A program made the translations under genes and the position numbers. DNA of 64,000 nucleotides, taken from sequence record MW584180.1; one strand, written 5' to 3'. The notes below the pieces were generated by a model. It worked only from the letters and a program-made list of their open reading frames with translations, was not told where the DNA came from and did not search any database. Shown here in pieces: positions 27,352 through 37,250 of this stretch (the first letter of the stretch is position 1; the number at the start of each line of letters is the position of its first letter). Source of the DNA: Mycobacterium phage prophiGD15-1.

Positions 27352-28716
27352 ATGGCGTCTACACCAGAAGAATGGCTCCCCATCCTGACCAAGCGCATCG
27401 ACGACAACATGCCGCGAGTCCGGCTCCTGGACCGGTATGTGTCCGGCGACGCACCGCTACCGGAGCAGTCGAAGAACACGAAAGCATCCTGGAAAGCGTT
27501 CCAGAAGATGTCCCGCACCAACTGGGGCATGCTGATACGAGACTCAGTTTCTGATCGCATCGTGCCGAACGGAATCACAGTCGACGGGTCCGCGGACTCG
27601 GAGACTGCTAAGCAGGCGCAACGCATCTACCGCGACAACCGCATGGATGCCGTTGTGCGGCAGTGGCTCGACTACGGGCTGACCTTCCGCGATTCATACC
27701 TGACTTGCTGGCAGGGAAATGACGGCCAGGCAATAATCACCGCCGATTCCCCCGAAACCATGTACGCCGCAGTAGATCCCCTGCAGCCTTGGCGAGTGCG
27801 TGCCGCGATCCGCTACTGGCGCGACATAGACGAAGAGAAAGACTTTGCGTTCGTTTGGGTGAACGGTGCGCGCCAGAAGTTCTCACGCCCCTGCTACGTG
27901 CAGAACATCAACTCCAAGCGCCTCATGACCAGAATCTCGGGCGGTTGGGAGCCTGAAACCGACCTGATCGAGACTGACGGCGCCCCACCTGTGGTTGTGT
28001 ACACCAACCCGGGCGGTGCTGGGGTTTTCGAGACCCATATAGATCTCATCAACCGCATCAACTCCGGCGTTCTGCAGCGCTTGTCGACGATGGCGATGCA
28101 AGCGTTCCGTCAGCGCGCTCTAAAGAAGGAGGGAGACAAGCCCCTACCGGCGGTCGATGACAAAGGCAACGCCATCGACTATGCGGCCATCTTTGAACCA
28201 GCCCCCGGAGCGCTGTGGGATCTCCCACCAGGTGTTGACATTTGGGAATCTGCCACAACCGATGCAAGCCCCATGCTCGCCGCGTCGAAAGAAGACATCC
28301 GGCATCTCTCGGCGGCCACGAAAACGCCCCTTCCCATGCTGATGCCCGATGGCGCAAATCAGACGGCGGAAGGCGCGATGAACACCGAGAAGGGCTTCAT
28401 TTTCAAGTGTGAAGCATGCCTAGCGGTAGTGAAACTCGGCCTCGAAGCCATCATCGTTAAGGCGCTAGAGACCGAAGGTGTCGCAGACGTAGGCAATGTT
28501 GAGGTGTCATTCGAGGCGCCAGCCCGTGTGACACTCTCTGAGAAGTACTCTGCCGCAGCACAAGCGGCGGCAGCAGGGGAGCCGTGGGGCTCAATTGCGC
28601 GGAACATCCTCAAGTACTCACCCGACCAGATTGCACAAGTCGAAAAGGATCGGGCCAAGGAAGAGGCGATGGCGCCACAAGTAGCGCCACCTGCTCCACA
28701 AGACTTCCCCCAGTAG
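27352..28716 (+). CDS. portal protein
   Basis: ~455 aa directly after TerL; GAAGGGAG RBS before ATG 27352. Confidence 0.75.
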   Translation: MASTPEEWLPILTKRIDDNMPRVRLLDRYVSGDAPLPEQSKNTKASWKAFQKMSRTNWGMLIRDSVSDRIVPNGITVDGSADSETAKQAQRIYRDNRMDAVVRQWLDYGLTFRDSYLTCWQGNDGQAIITADSPETMYAAVDPLQPWRVRAAIRYWRDIDEEKDFAFVWVNGARQKFSRPCYVQNINSKRLMTRISGGWEPETDLIETDGAPPVVVYTNPGGAGVFETHIDLINRINSGVLQRLSTMAMQAFRQRALKKEGDKPLPAVDDKGNAIDYAAIFEPAPGALWDLPPGVDIWESATTDASPMLAASKEDIRHLSAATKTPLPMLMPDGANQTAEGAMNTEKGFIFKCEACLAVVKLGLEAIIVKALETEGVADVGNVEVSFEAPARVTLSEKYSAAAQAAAAGEPWGSIARNILKYSPDQIAQVEKDRAKEEAMAPQVAPPAPQDFPQ

Positions 28717-28766
28717 GGGGTTCGCCCGTACGGGCGCCACCAATGCGAAACGCAAAGGAATTTCAC

Positions 28767-29381
28767 ATGTCTGATGTGACCCCGAATGACATGCCGGGAG
28801 CCGTAACGGAACCGGGCGAACCAGAAGGAACCGTAGACGCCATCAAGGCGCCGAAATCCGAAGCCAAAACCGATGGTTTGACCGCTGAGGAACGGCAAGA
28901 GCTGGACAGACTTCGCGCCACCCGCGTTGAGGAACGACGCTGGGAAAAGCGCGCGAAGGAAAACTACGACGACGCCACCAAGTGGCGTGAGCTCATCGAG
29001 AAGAGCGGCGGAGACAAGAAAGAGTTCGACCCAAGGGCCGAAATCGACAAGATCCGAGCCGAACTGACCACCGAACGCACCGAACGGTTGCGATCAGAGG
29101 TCGCCAGAACCACCGGAGTTGACCCTGAGGACATCAAGGGCGGCACCGAAGAAGAGATGCGCGAATCCGCCGAACGGTGGAAGGTGCGTTTCAACGCTCG
29201 ACTCGAAGAAGCGATCAAGTCGAAGTCCGCACCGGCCGCAGCGCCGGCAGCCGAGGTTACTTCAGACAAGAAAGTCACCGGTCCCAAGCAGTTGACCCGT
29301 GATGACCTCAAAAACATGTCCCCCAAGGCGATTCGAGAAGCCCGCGAGAGCGGGCAGCTCGACGAGCTGATGGGGAAGTAA
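28767..29381 (+). CDS. capsid scaffolding protein
   Basis: highly charged, helical, E/K/R-rich 204-aa protein between portal and major capsid. Confidence 0.6.
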   Translation: MSDVTPNDMPGAVTEPGEPEGTVDAIKAPKSEAKTDGLTAEERQELDRLRATRVEERRWEKRAKENYDDATKWRELIEKSGGDKKEFDPRAEIDKIRAELTTERTERLRSEVARTTGVDPEDIKGGTEEEMRESAERWKVRFNARLEEAIKSKSAPAAAPAAEVTSDKKVTGPKQLTRDDLKNMSPKAIREARESGQLDELMGK

Positions 29382-29402
29382 GCATAGGAAGGAGCCAGTC
29401 AG

Positions 29403-30233
29403 ATGGCTGTTACCCATTTCATCCCCGAAATCTGGTCGTCCTACATTCTTGAGCGCTACATGGCCAAGAATGTGTTCGCCTCCCTCGTTGACCGCAAGTA
29501 CGAAGGTGAAGCCCGCAAGGGCAACACCATCCACATCCCCGGTGTGGTCGCCCCGGCGGTCAAGGACTACAAGGCGGCTAGCCGCACCACGTCGGCAGAC
29601 GCCATCAGCGACACCGGAATCGACATCCTGATCGATCAGGAGAAGAACTTCGACTTCTACGTCGACGACATCGACAACGCGCAGTCGAACGAAAACCTGC
29701 TGCCGCTGTACACCGACGCCGCCGGTGACTCGCTGGCCACCGACGCCGACCAGTTCATCGCCAACCTGCTTGTCGCCAACGCCACCGGCATGCCATGGTC
29801 GTCCAACCCCACCACGGGAGATGGCGCGTTCAACGTCGTCAAGGACGCCCGCAAGCTGATGAACAAGGCCAACGTTCCTGACGACGATCTGCGTGTCGCG
29901 GTTGTGAACGCCGAGTTCGAAGCCTTGCTGGTCGGTGCTGATTCGAAGCTCACCAGCTTCGATTCGTCCGGCGACACCGCTGGTCTGCGCAACGCCACTG
30001 TTGGAAAGCTGCTCGGATTCCGTGTGGTTACCTCGAACAACCTGCCTGAGTCTGACTCGCCGCAGGCCGTGTTCTTCCACCAGCGTGCCGCAGCGTTCGT
30101 GTCTCAGATTGACGAGGTCGAAGGCATGCGCGCACAGGACAAGTTCGCCGACCGCATCCGCGGCCTGCATGTGTACGGCGGCAAGGTCGTTCAGGCCCCC
30201 GGCGTGCTCGTCTTCAACCGGGCCGGCAGCTAG
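29403..30233 (+). CDS. major capsid protein
   Basis: 276 aa following scaffold, GGAAGGAG RBS; canonical position. Confidence 0.75.
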   Translation: MAVTHFIPEIWSSYILERYMAKNVFASLVDRKYEGEARKGNTIHIPGVVAPAVKDYKAASRTTSADAISDTGIDILIDQEKNFDFYVDDIDNAQSNENLLPLYTDAAGDSLATDADQFIANLLVANATGMPWSSNPTTGDGAFNVVKDARKLMNKANVPDDDLRVAVVNAEFEALLVGADSKLTSFDSSGDTAGLRNATVGKLLGFRVVTSNNLPESDSPQAVFFHQRAAAFVSQIDEVEGMRAQDKFADRIRGLHVYGGKVVQAPGVLVFNRAGS

Positions 30234-30805
30234 TGCTGGCATCTCCCGCTGACGTCGCCCACGCCCTAGGGCTGGAAGACGAGAACGAGCTCACCGCCTC
30301 CCAGCAGGCCCGTGTCGAGGGCCTGCTGGAGAGGGTGTCTCGAAGGTTTCAGCGGGAGGCCGGACGAACCCTGACCGCAGGGGCGGTGACCGTGCGTGCA
30401 CTCACGGTGGAGGGCCGGGTACATCTACCGGACCCCCCGTCTGGAGACACTGTTACGGTCACCGACCTCTGTGGTAACACGCTCGAAGGTGTCATCGAGG
30501 GCGACTACGTTGATGTCACCCGCAACGGGTGCCCTGTCGCCACGGGTGAAATCCTTGTCGTCGAATACACCCGAGATGAGCCGCCCCAGGCCGCAATAGA
30601 TGCGGTAGCGGCGATGGTCGCGCGCCACCTCACGGTGGAACCCGGTTCACCCGAATCGAAGTCCACCGACCTCACCGCGGGCGCGGATTTTCGGCAGCGT
30701 CTTGCCGACTGGGTGTCTGACACATCCTTGTTCACCGACGAGGAACTAGCGGAGGCGAGAAGCTACCGCTACCCCGTCCCTAATGTGATCATCCACCGCC
30801 TGTGA
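30233..30805 (+). CDS. head-to-tail adaptor
   Basis: position and size. Confidence 0.45.
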   Translation: MLASPADVAHALGLEDENELTASQQARVEGLLERVSRRFQREAGRTLTAGAVTVRALTVEGRVHLPDPPSGDTVTVTDLCGNTLEGVIEGDYVDVTRNGCPVATGEILVVEYTRDEPPQAAIDAVAAMVARHLTVEPGSPESKSTDLTAGADFRQRLADWVSDTSLFTDEELAEARSYRYPVPNVIIHRL

Positions 30806-31137
30806 CCTTCGAATCACTGGCCAGGATCCCGGTCACGTACACCCCATACACGGGTGTCACTCAGGATTCCCTAGGGAACGATGTTCCCTCATTCGGCCCC
30901 ACAGTGGACCTGAAGGCGTACTCGTATGCCCCGCACCGGACTGAAGACACGGACGGGCACACCTCACGCGATATCGCAGAAGTCGATCTAGCCATGCCCC
31001 CCATGACCGTTGATCTGATGTCCCGATTCGGGATCAATGGGAAAACCTACGAGGTGGTGGGTGAACGCGACGAAACAGGCGGATTCCACGGCTGGAAGCC
31101 AGGAATCATCGTCGAGCTGAAAAGGGTGACCGGATAG
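30802..31137 (+). CDS. head-to-tail connector / stopper protein
   Basis: position, GTGA coupling. Confidence 0.4.
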   Translation: MTFESLARIPVTYTPYTGVTQDSLGNDVPSFGPTVDLKAYSYAPHRTEDTDGHTSRDIAEVDLAMPPMTVDLMSRFGINGKTYEVVGERDETGGFHGWKPGIIVELKRVTG

Positions 31138-31403
31138 TGGCCAAGTTCAGGCTGAATCGTAAGGCGCAGAGCGAATTGACGAAGGAAATCGTCGAGAAGG
31201 TCTGCGTTCCCATGATGCAGCGGGTCGCTGACGCCTGCAACCAAGAAGCGGGACTGGAAGACGGTTTCCGCGTCTCGGTAGAAGGCGATGATCCTTTGGA
31301 TAAGCGCGACTACCGGGCAACAGCTATCGCCGCAACGGCAGAGGCCATCCGGTACGACCACAAGCACGACGCACTGCTACACAACTTTGGCGAGGCTGGC
31401 TGA
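31137..31403 (+). CDS. head-tail joining protein
   Basis: position. Confidence 0.35.
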   Translation: MAKFRLNRKAQSELTKEIVEKVCVPMMQRVADACNQEAGLEDGFRVSVEGDDPLDKRDYRATAIAATAEAIRYDHKHDALLHNFGEAG

Positions 31404-31780
31404 TGTTCGCCTACCACGCCCAAGTGGTCAGGGACTGGCTGGACGAAAACATGCCGGTTCGGGTGTCCACTGACGTGCCGAAAACGCGCCCAGCGCAGCT
31501 GATCACAATCGATTCAGCGCCAATCTCTAGCGGATACTCGGGAACCAAAGCCCGCGTACTCGCACGGCGCCGACTGATCATCTACTCATGGGGCGCCAAC
31601 GAACTGGACGCATACAACCTGATCGAGCAGACGCGTGAATGGCTCCTCAAACTCCCCGGCAAGGGCCGCGGAGTGCACGCTGTAGACATCGCAGGGGAAC
31701 CTGCCCGCCGCGATGACATCGAAAGCGAAACGCGACGGTTCGTGATGACCGTCGATGTATTAATGCGTTCAAATCCCTGA
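31403..31780 (+). CDS. tail terminator protein
   Basis: position before major tail gene. Confidence 0.35.
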   Translation: MFAYHAQVVRDWLDENMPVRVSTDVPKTRPAQLITIDSAPISSGYSGTKARVLARRRLIIYSWGANELDAYNLIEQTREWLLKLPGKGRGVHAVDIAGEPARRDDIESETRRFVMTVDVLMRSNP

Positions 31781-31846
31781 ATTTACAACTAAATACACCC
31801 TTTCAAAGGCTCGGCTGCACCGATCTGCTTCTGAAAGGGGCACATC

Positions 31847-32434
31847 ATGGCTGAAGAAGTCGGCAACGTTTTCGCCGCAGAGCCGTCCGCCGCTGGGGCC
31901 GCGTTCGTCGCCCCGCTCGGAACTACCCTCCCAACCAGTGTCGACGGAGTGCTCGATGCCGCGTTCGTCGGTCTTGGGTATGTCGGCGAGGACGGTATCA
32001 CTGAAACATCGGAGCGGTCCACCGATGAGAAGAAAGACATGGGTGGCCGCATCGTCAAGGTGCTGCAGACCGAGTACAACCACTCGTTCAAATTCGTCCT
32101 CCTGGAATCGCTGAATGCCGATGTCCTCAAGGCGATCTACGGTGCTTCAAACGTCACCGTCACCCCCGCTGACGGTACTCACGGCACCCAGGTGAAGGTC
32201 CGCAAGACCAGCAAGAAGCTGCCCCACCAGACGTGGGTGTTCGACACCATCGACTCGGAGCTGTCCGCGAAGTACCGCAACTGCGTCGCAGACGGGCAGG
32301 TCATCTCTGTTGGTGATGTGACCTTGGCTAGCAAGGACACCATCGAATACGAGGTGGAACTGAAGGTCTTCGAGTCGTCCACCGGTGAATACGTGACCAC
32401 GTACACCGACGACGGGCGGATCGCGGGCTCCTAA
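31847..32434 (+). CDS. major tail protein
   Basis: 195 aa, strong RBS, position before chaperones/TMP. Confidence 0.65.
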   Translation: MAEEVGNVFAAEPSAAGAAFVAPLGTTLPTSVDGVLDAAFVGLGYVGEDGITETSERSTDEKKDMGGRIVKVLQTEYNHSFKFVLLESLNADVLKAIYGASNVTVTPADGTHGTQVKVRKTSKKLPHQTWVFDTIDSELSAKYRNCVADGQVISVGDVTLASKDTIEYEVELKVFESSTGEYVTTYTDDGRIAGS

Positions 32435-32438
32435 TAGA

Positions 32439-32482
32439 CGCGGCGGGGCCGAATTCCCCTGCAGCCGAGCGCGGCCCCGCCG
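32439..32482 (+). promoter_or_regulatory. perfect 12-bp inverted repeat stem-loop (GCGGCGGGGCCG...CGGCCCCGCCGC) after major tail gene
   Basis: seen in sequence; likely transcription attenuator / mRNA-stabilising hairpin. Confidence 0.45.
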
Positions 32483-32528
32483 CTCTCCAAGCGCTACGGC
32501 TGCACACAAACCCCTTGAAAGGGCGCTC

Positions 32529-32795
32529 ATGGCTGCAAAAAACGCAACACCCTACGTCCACATCGTGGAAATCGAAGGCGTCGAAAAGAAGATCAACCTC
32601 AAACCCTTCGGGTCCGTTCCATCCGGTGTCATTCGGCGAAACCGCAAGAACCCCGAAGAGGGTATGTGGGAAATCTTTGAGTGGGGCGCGGTCTCGGAAG
32701 CCGATCTTGCTGTGTTCGACGAGCTGCCCCTAACTGAGGTGGAAGACCTTTTCACCGCCTGGCAGGAGGCCGGACAGGTCACCGTGGGGGAATAG
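32529..32795 (+). CDS. tail assembly chaperone (G)
   Basis: 88 aa directly upstream of TMP. Confidence 0.55.
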   Translation: MAAKNATPYVHIVEIEGVEKKINLKPFGSVPSGVIRRNRKNPEEGMWEIFEWGAVSEADLAVFDELPLTEVEDLFTAWQEAGQVTVGE

Positions 32796-33223
32796 TCGCG
32801 CTTCTCGACCTCATCGAGAAGCATGGCACCGCACTAGAATACGACCTGATCAAAGACGGGCTACGCCTACGTGACTGCCCGTCTGACGAATTCAACTGGC
32901 GCGATCTGTGGGTGTATGTCAATCACCCGGAAGAGACAAGCGCGCTATGGAAGTCCAGGAACCCGAAGTATGCGGGCTGGACTCTGACTACCCGCCTTCT
33001 GGCGATTATCGCCAATGCGCTGCGCTGGCTGGTGTGGGCGAAAACCAAGGACGGACACCGTAACCGGAACCGTCCGGTGCCAATCGGCCCTGATATGGGC
33101 GATCAGCAGTCACGCCCCGGCCTGAAAGTCAAAGCCGCGCCCCTCTCGAAGGTCAAAGAGCTACTCGGCCTTTCAGGCGAAGAGCGGCGCGAGAAGAAAC
33201 TGCGAAACCTGTTCGGAAATTAG
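32529..33223 (+). CDS. tail assembly chaperone -1 frameshift fusion product (GT)
   Basis: frame -1 is open from ~32750 to 33223 and overlaps the end of G; run GTGGGGGAA at 32783-32791 is a plausible slippery site. Confidence 0.45.
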
Positions 33224-33233
33224 GAGGTGACAC

Positions 33234-36200
33234 ATGGCTGTTGAACTTTCATCGGGATATGTGTCTGCCACCGTCAGGTTCGATGGGGTCAACAGGGGCA
33301 TCAGCAAGCTCTTTGACAACGTCCAGAAGCAGGCAGTCAGCGCGGGAAAGAGGACCGGCTCCGCATACGCTAAAGCCCTTGCCGACGAGGCGAAAACCGC
33401 TGCGGATCAAGTTAAAAAGATCTCCGAAACGGTCGCTAAGTCTCGCGACAAAGAAGCTGACGCCGCGGGCAAGCTCAAGGTGGCCCTTGAGAAGCTGAAT
33501 GAGGCTCGCGAGGCGGGAACCAAGGGCTCGAAGCTCACCGCTTTGTCGGAAGCGCATGCGTCGGCGATGCGTAAGCAGCAGGCCGCGGCGAGTGAACTCG
33601 CCAAGGACTTGGATGCGGTAGCACGCGCCCAGAAGCGTGCCTCCGACGCGCAGTCCGCGATCGACAAGTCGTCCAAGCCGATACGTAACCAGGTATCCAA
33701 GCTCCTCTCTGGCTCATCTGACGCCGCAGGACGTGAAGGCGGACTTGCGGGGCGCAGGTTTGGCGATTCATTCTCCAGTGCGCTACGCACAACCGGGATT
33801 GTTGCTGCGGGTACCGCGGTAGGGAACCTGGCTGCTAATGCGATGACTAAGGCTGCGAGCCTGGCCACGAGCGGTGTTTCAGCGGTTGTCACCAAGGGCT
33901 TGGACTTCGAGAAGACCATGAACACCCTCTCGGGTGTCACAGGTGCTTCGGCAGACGTGATGCAGCGGTTCCGCGACACCGCCAAGGCCCTCGGTAACGA
34001 CATGACGTTGTCGAATACCTCGGCTGCTGATGCGGCGCAGGCCATGACGGAGCTTGCCAAAGCCGGTTTCTCGGTGGATGAGTCAATAACCGCGGCCAAG
34101 GGCACCCTGCAACTAGCCGCCGCCGCACAGGTGAGCGCCGGACAAGCTGCCGAGATCCAAGCCAACGCGCTACAGGCATTCGGATTGAAGGCCGACTACG
34201 CCTCTAAAGCTGCCGATGTGCTGTCCAATGCCGCCAATGCATCATCGGCAGAGATAACCGATGTCGCGTTCGCTCTTCAGGCTGGCGGTTCTGTCGCACG
34301 CCAGACGGGGGTGTCCCTCGAGGACACCGCGGCAAGTATCGCACTGTTGGCCAACAACGGAATTAAGGGTAGCGACGCTGGAACCCTGTTGAAGTCGGCG
34401 CTTTTGAAGCTCTCCGCCCCGAGTGATCAAGCCTCGGGGGCGCTGCAAGAACTGGGCGTGAGCGCTTTCGATGCGCAGGGCAACTTCGTTGGCATGGAAG
34501 CCCTGTTCGGGCAGCTGCAGGCCGCATCCAAGCGCATGACGCCCGAAATGTATGCGATGAACACCGCCCTCGCGTTCGGATCGGATGCCGCACGTCTGGC
34601 AGGTGTGGCGGCCAAGGACGGCGCAGCAGGATTCGACAAGATGCGCGACGCCATGAACCAGGAAGGTTCAGCGTCGAAGCTGGCGGCAGCCCAAAATCAG
34701 GGCCTACCTGGCGTAATTGAGCGGCTGAAGAACGCTGCGGAAACCCTCGCCATCACGTTGTTCGAGAAGATCCAAGGCCCCCTGTCAAGCATCGGCGATG
34801 GACTGACCGGATTCACGAACAAGATGCAGGACGCTTTCGAGAACCCTGCCGTGAGCCAAGCCGCGGGGAATATCGGTTCAGCTCTGTCGACCATCGGAAC
34901 CGCCTTCGGAAACGTCCTGTCTGCGGTCGGTCCGTCGTTGGTGAGCGGACTATCCGATGCGGTCAACCTGATCGTCCGGTTCAAAGATTTCCTCATCCCA
35001 CTAGTGGCCGGTTTGGCCGCCTACAAGACGGTGATGCTCGCCATCACTGTCGCCACTAAGGCGTGGGCTGCCGTGCAAGCACTGTTGAATATTGCACTCA
35101 CAGCCAACCCGATCGGCCTGATAATCGCCGCAATCGCCGGTTTGGTCGCCGGAATTGTGGTGCTGTACAAGCGCAACGAGACATTCAGAAACATCGTCCA
35201 GGCCACGTGGACCGCCATCAAGAACGTTATCGGGGCGGTGTGGGGCTGGCTATCCACCACCGTATTCCCGGCACTGAAAACCGCGTTCACCGCCATCGGC
35301 ACAGGGGCGATGTGGCTGTGGAACAACGCCATTAAGCCAGCTTGGAACGGAATCAAGGAAGTTATCGGCCTCGCGTGGGAGGTCGCCTCCGATCTGTTCG
35401 CGAACTGGAAGCGCGCAATGGACCTGCTGGGTCAGGGCGCATTGTGGCTGTGGAATAACGCGATTTCCCCGGCATGGGAAGGCATCAAGACCGCTATCAG
35501 TGCGGCCTGGAGATTCGTGTCACCAATCTTGGATAAGTTCTCCGAGGGGTGGGACGCGCTCAAGTCCGGCATCTCTGGCGCTTCAAGCGCGATTAAAGAC
35601 GCTGTTACCTCGGCATTCTCGGGTCTCGCAGCGGTCATCAAGGCACCCCTGAAAGTCCTAGGAACGTTCCTCGCCGCAATCCCATCCGAGGTGTTCGGAT
35701 TCCAGATTCCCGGCGCAGACAAACTCAACTCGTGGGGTAAGTCGCTACAAGGCTTCGCTGCGGGTGGCATGGTCCGCGGCGCCGGCACGGGCACAAGCGA
35801 CTCCATCTTGGCGTGGCTGTCTAACGGTGAGGGTGTTGTCACTGCCAAGGGGATGAAGAACGGCGGCGCGGGCATCGTCGCTGCCCTCAACTCAGGCTGG
35901 GTGCCATCTGCCGCATATCTGCACGACATGATGCGTGCCCCCGGATACGCCCAGGGCCTCAACCCTGGCGCCGACTATCTGCGGTCACTGGTCATGAAGA
36001 TGTGGCCCCAGATCAAAGACATTGGCGGCCGACGGGCTGAAGATGGCTTCGGGGAGCACTCATCCGGCAACGCCATCGACATCATGATCCCCGGCTGGGA
36101 CACGCCCCAAGGCAAGGCGCTGGGTGACGCGGTCGCGGCGTTCATCGCCAAGAACGCGTCAGCGCTGGGGCTTGACGGATTCATTTGGCGTCAGCAGAGC

Positions 36201-37247
36201 TACGGATATGGCGGCTCGCTCACCTCCGGTAAGCAGATGCCCGACCGGGGTAGCAGCACCCAGAACCACATGGATCACGTGCACGTGATGCTAGGCAAGG
36301 GCCGGGGTGCCGGCGCCGCGGCTGTGGGGCTCCCGACAAGCAGCATCTCCCTTCCCTCAGGTGGTGGTTCGGTATCCGCTTTGGGATTCGGGGGCTCATC
36401 GGGATCTGCGGGGTCCTCGGGTGCCAGCCCGAAGCAGGTGCGCGAAGCCGACGACCGTATCAATGATCTGTCCAACCGCCTGGACGTGACCGAGCAGGAG
36501 CTAGCCGACCTCGAGTCCAATCCTAAGGCGAAAGAAACGACCAAGCAGCGTAAACGCGACATGGTCGACAAGCTCAAGCGGGATCTTCAGCAGGCGAAAG
36601 ACGACCGAAATGCCCTCGGTTCAAGCGGGTCTGGCGGTGGATTCGGGGGCGGCAACAACCCGTACGCCAAGATCGCCGAAGGACTAGCTGAAATCATGCC
36701 GGATGCCGGGGGCCTCGCTGACATCGGCATCGGCGGACTCAAAGAGTCCCTTCTGCCGCCAGGATTCTCCGACCCCACCCAATGGGGATTGGTACAAGCG
36801 GGCTCAACTCTGCTGAAGTTCTTTGGCGGGCTGCGCAATAACTCGGATGGAAAACCGCTACTAGGTGAGGGCGGGGCGCTGTTCGCCAATATCGCCGGAT
36901 CTGCCATGACTGGATCTGGCAGCGGAATCGTCGACGCGATCAAGACAATCATTCCGGCCCCGTTCGGGAGCATGGATGCTGCGCAACTCCAAGGCGCCCC
37001 AGGGGACATCAACCCCGTCATTGCAGGTGCTCAAATCCCAGGCACCGGCTTCGGCGATATGGGCTCCGCTTTCTCCAGCGGCAGCGCCGGTCCCGCACAG
37101 GGCGGAAATGGCGCAAACGTCGACCAGTCCATCAACTTCAACGCCCCCGTAGGAACCGGCGTCGATCAGGCGATGCAGAAGTCGCAATCCGCCCAAAACC
37201 AACAGTGGCGCCAGAACTTCGGAACACGAACCGGACCGGTGGGGTAG
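33234..37247 (+). CDS. tape measure protein
   Basis: 1337 aa, Ala/Gly-rich helical with W-rich internal repeats; embedded SxHxxGxAxD ... HVHV zinc-peptidase-like motif. Confidence 0.85.
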   Translation: MAVELSSGYVSATVRFDGVNRGISKLFDNVQKQAVSAGKRTGSAYAKALADEAKTAADQVKKISETVAKSRDKEADAAGKLKVALEKLNEAREAGTKGSKLTALSEAHASAMRKQQAAASELAKDLDAVARAQKRASDAQSAIDKSSKPIRNQVSKLLSGSSDAAGREGGLAGRRFGDSFSSALRTTGIVAAGTAVGNLAANAMTKAASLATSGVSAVVTKGLDFEKTMNTLSGVTGASADVMQRFRDTAKALGNDMTLSNTSAADAAQAMTELAKAGFSVDESITAAKGTLQLAAAAQVSAGQAAEIQANALQAFGLKADYASKAADVLSNAANASSAEITDVAFALQAGGSVARQTGVSLEDTAASIALLANNGIKGSDAGTLLKSALLKLSAPSDQASGALQELGVSAFDAQGNFVGMEALFGQLQAASKRMTPEMYAMNTALAFGSDAARLAGVAAKDGAAGFDKMRDAMNQEGSASKLAAAQNQGLPGVIERLKNAAETLAITLFEKIQGPLSSIGDGLTGFTNKMQDAFENPAVSQAAGNIGSALSTIGTAFGNVLSAVGPSLVSGLSDAVNLIVRFKDFLIPLVAGLAAYKTVMLAITVATKAWAAVQALLNIALTANPIGLIIAAIAGLVAGIVVLYKRNETFRNIVQATWTAIKNVIGAVWGWLSTTVFPALKTAFTAIGTGAMWLWNNAIKPAWNGIKEVIGLAWEVASDLFANWKRAMDLLGQGALWLWNNAISPAWEGIKTAISAAWRFVSPILDKFSEGWDALKSGISGASSAIKDAVTSAFSGLAAVIKAPLKVLGTFLAAIPSEVFGFQIPGADKLNSWGKSLQGFAAGGMVRGAGTGTSDSILAWLSNGEGVVTAKGMKNGGAGIVAALNSGWVPSAAYLHDMMRAPGYAQGLNPGADYLRSLVMKMWPQIKDIGGRRAEDGFGEHSSGNAIDIMIPGWDTPQGKALGDAVAAFIAKNASALGLDGFIWRQQSYGYGGSLTSGKQMPDRGSSTQNHMDHVHVMLGKGRGAGAAAVGLPTSSISLPSGGGSVSALGFGGSSGSAGSSGASPKQVREADDRINDLSNRLDVTEQELADLESNPKAKETTKQRKRDMVDKLKRDLQQAKDDRNALGSSGSGGGFGGGNNPYAKIAEGLAEIMPDAGGLADIGIGGLKESLLPPGFSDPTQWGLVQAGSTLLKFFGGLRNNSDGKPLLGEGGALFANIAGSAMTGSGSGIVDAIKTIIPAPFGSMDAAQLQGAPGDINPVIAGAQIPGTGFGDMGSAFSSGSAGPAQGGNGANVDQSINFNAPVGTGVDQAMQKSQSAQNQQWRQNFGTRTGPVG

Positions 37248-37250
37248 TAG

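Noticed and set aside
29262-30242. 326-aa minus-strand ORF antisense to the major capsid gene (plus many similar long antisense ORFs, e.g. 33407-34165, 43060-43719, 55229-55981)
   Set aside because: High GC content makes long spurious ORFs on the opposite strand frequent. They overlap well-supported + strand genes with clear synteny and RBSs.
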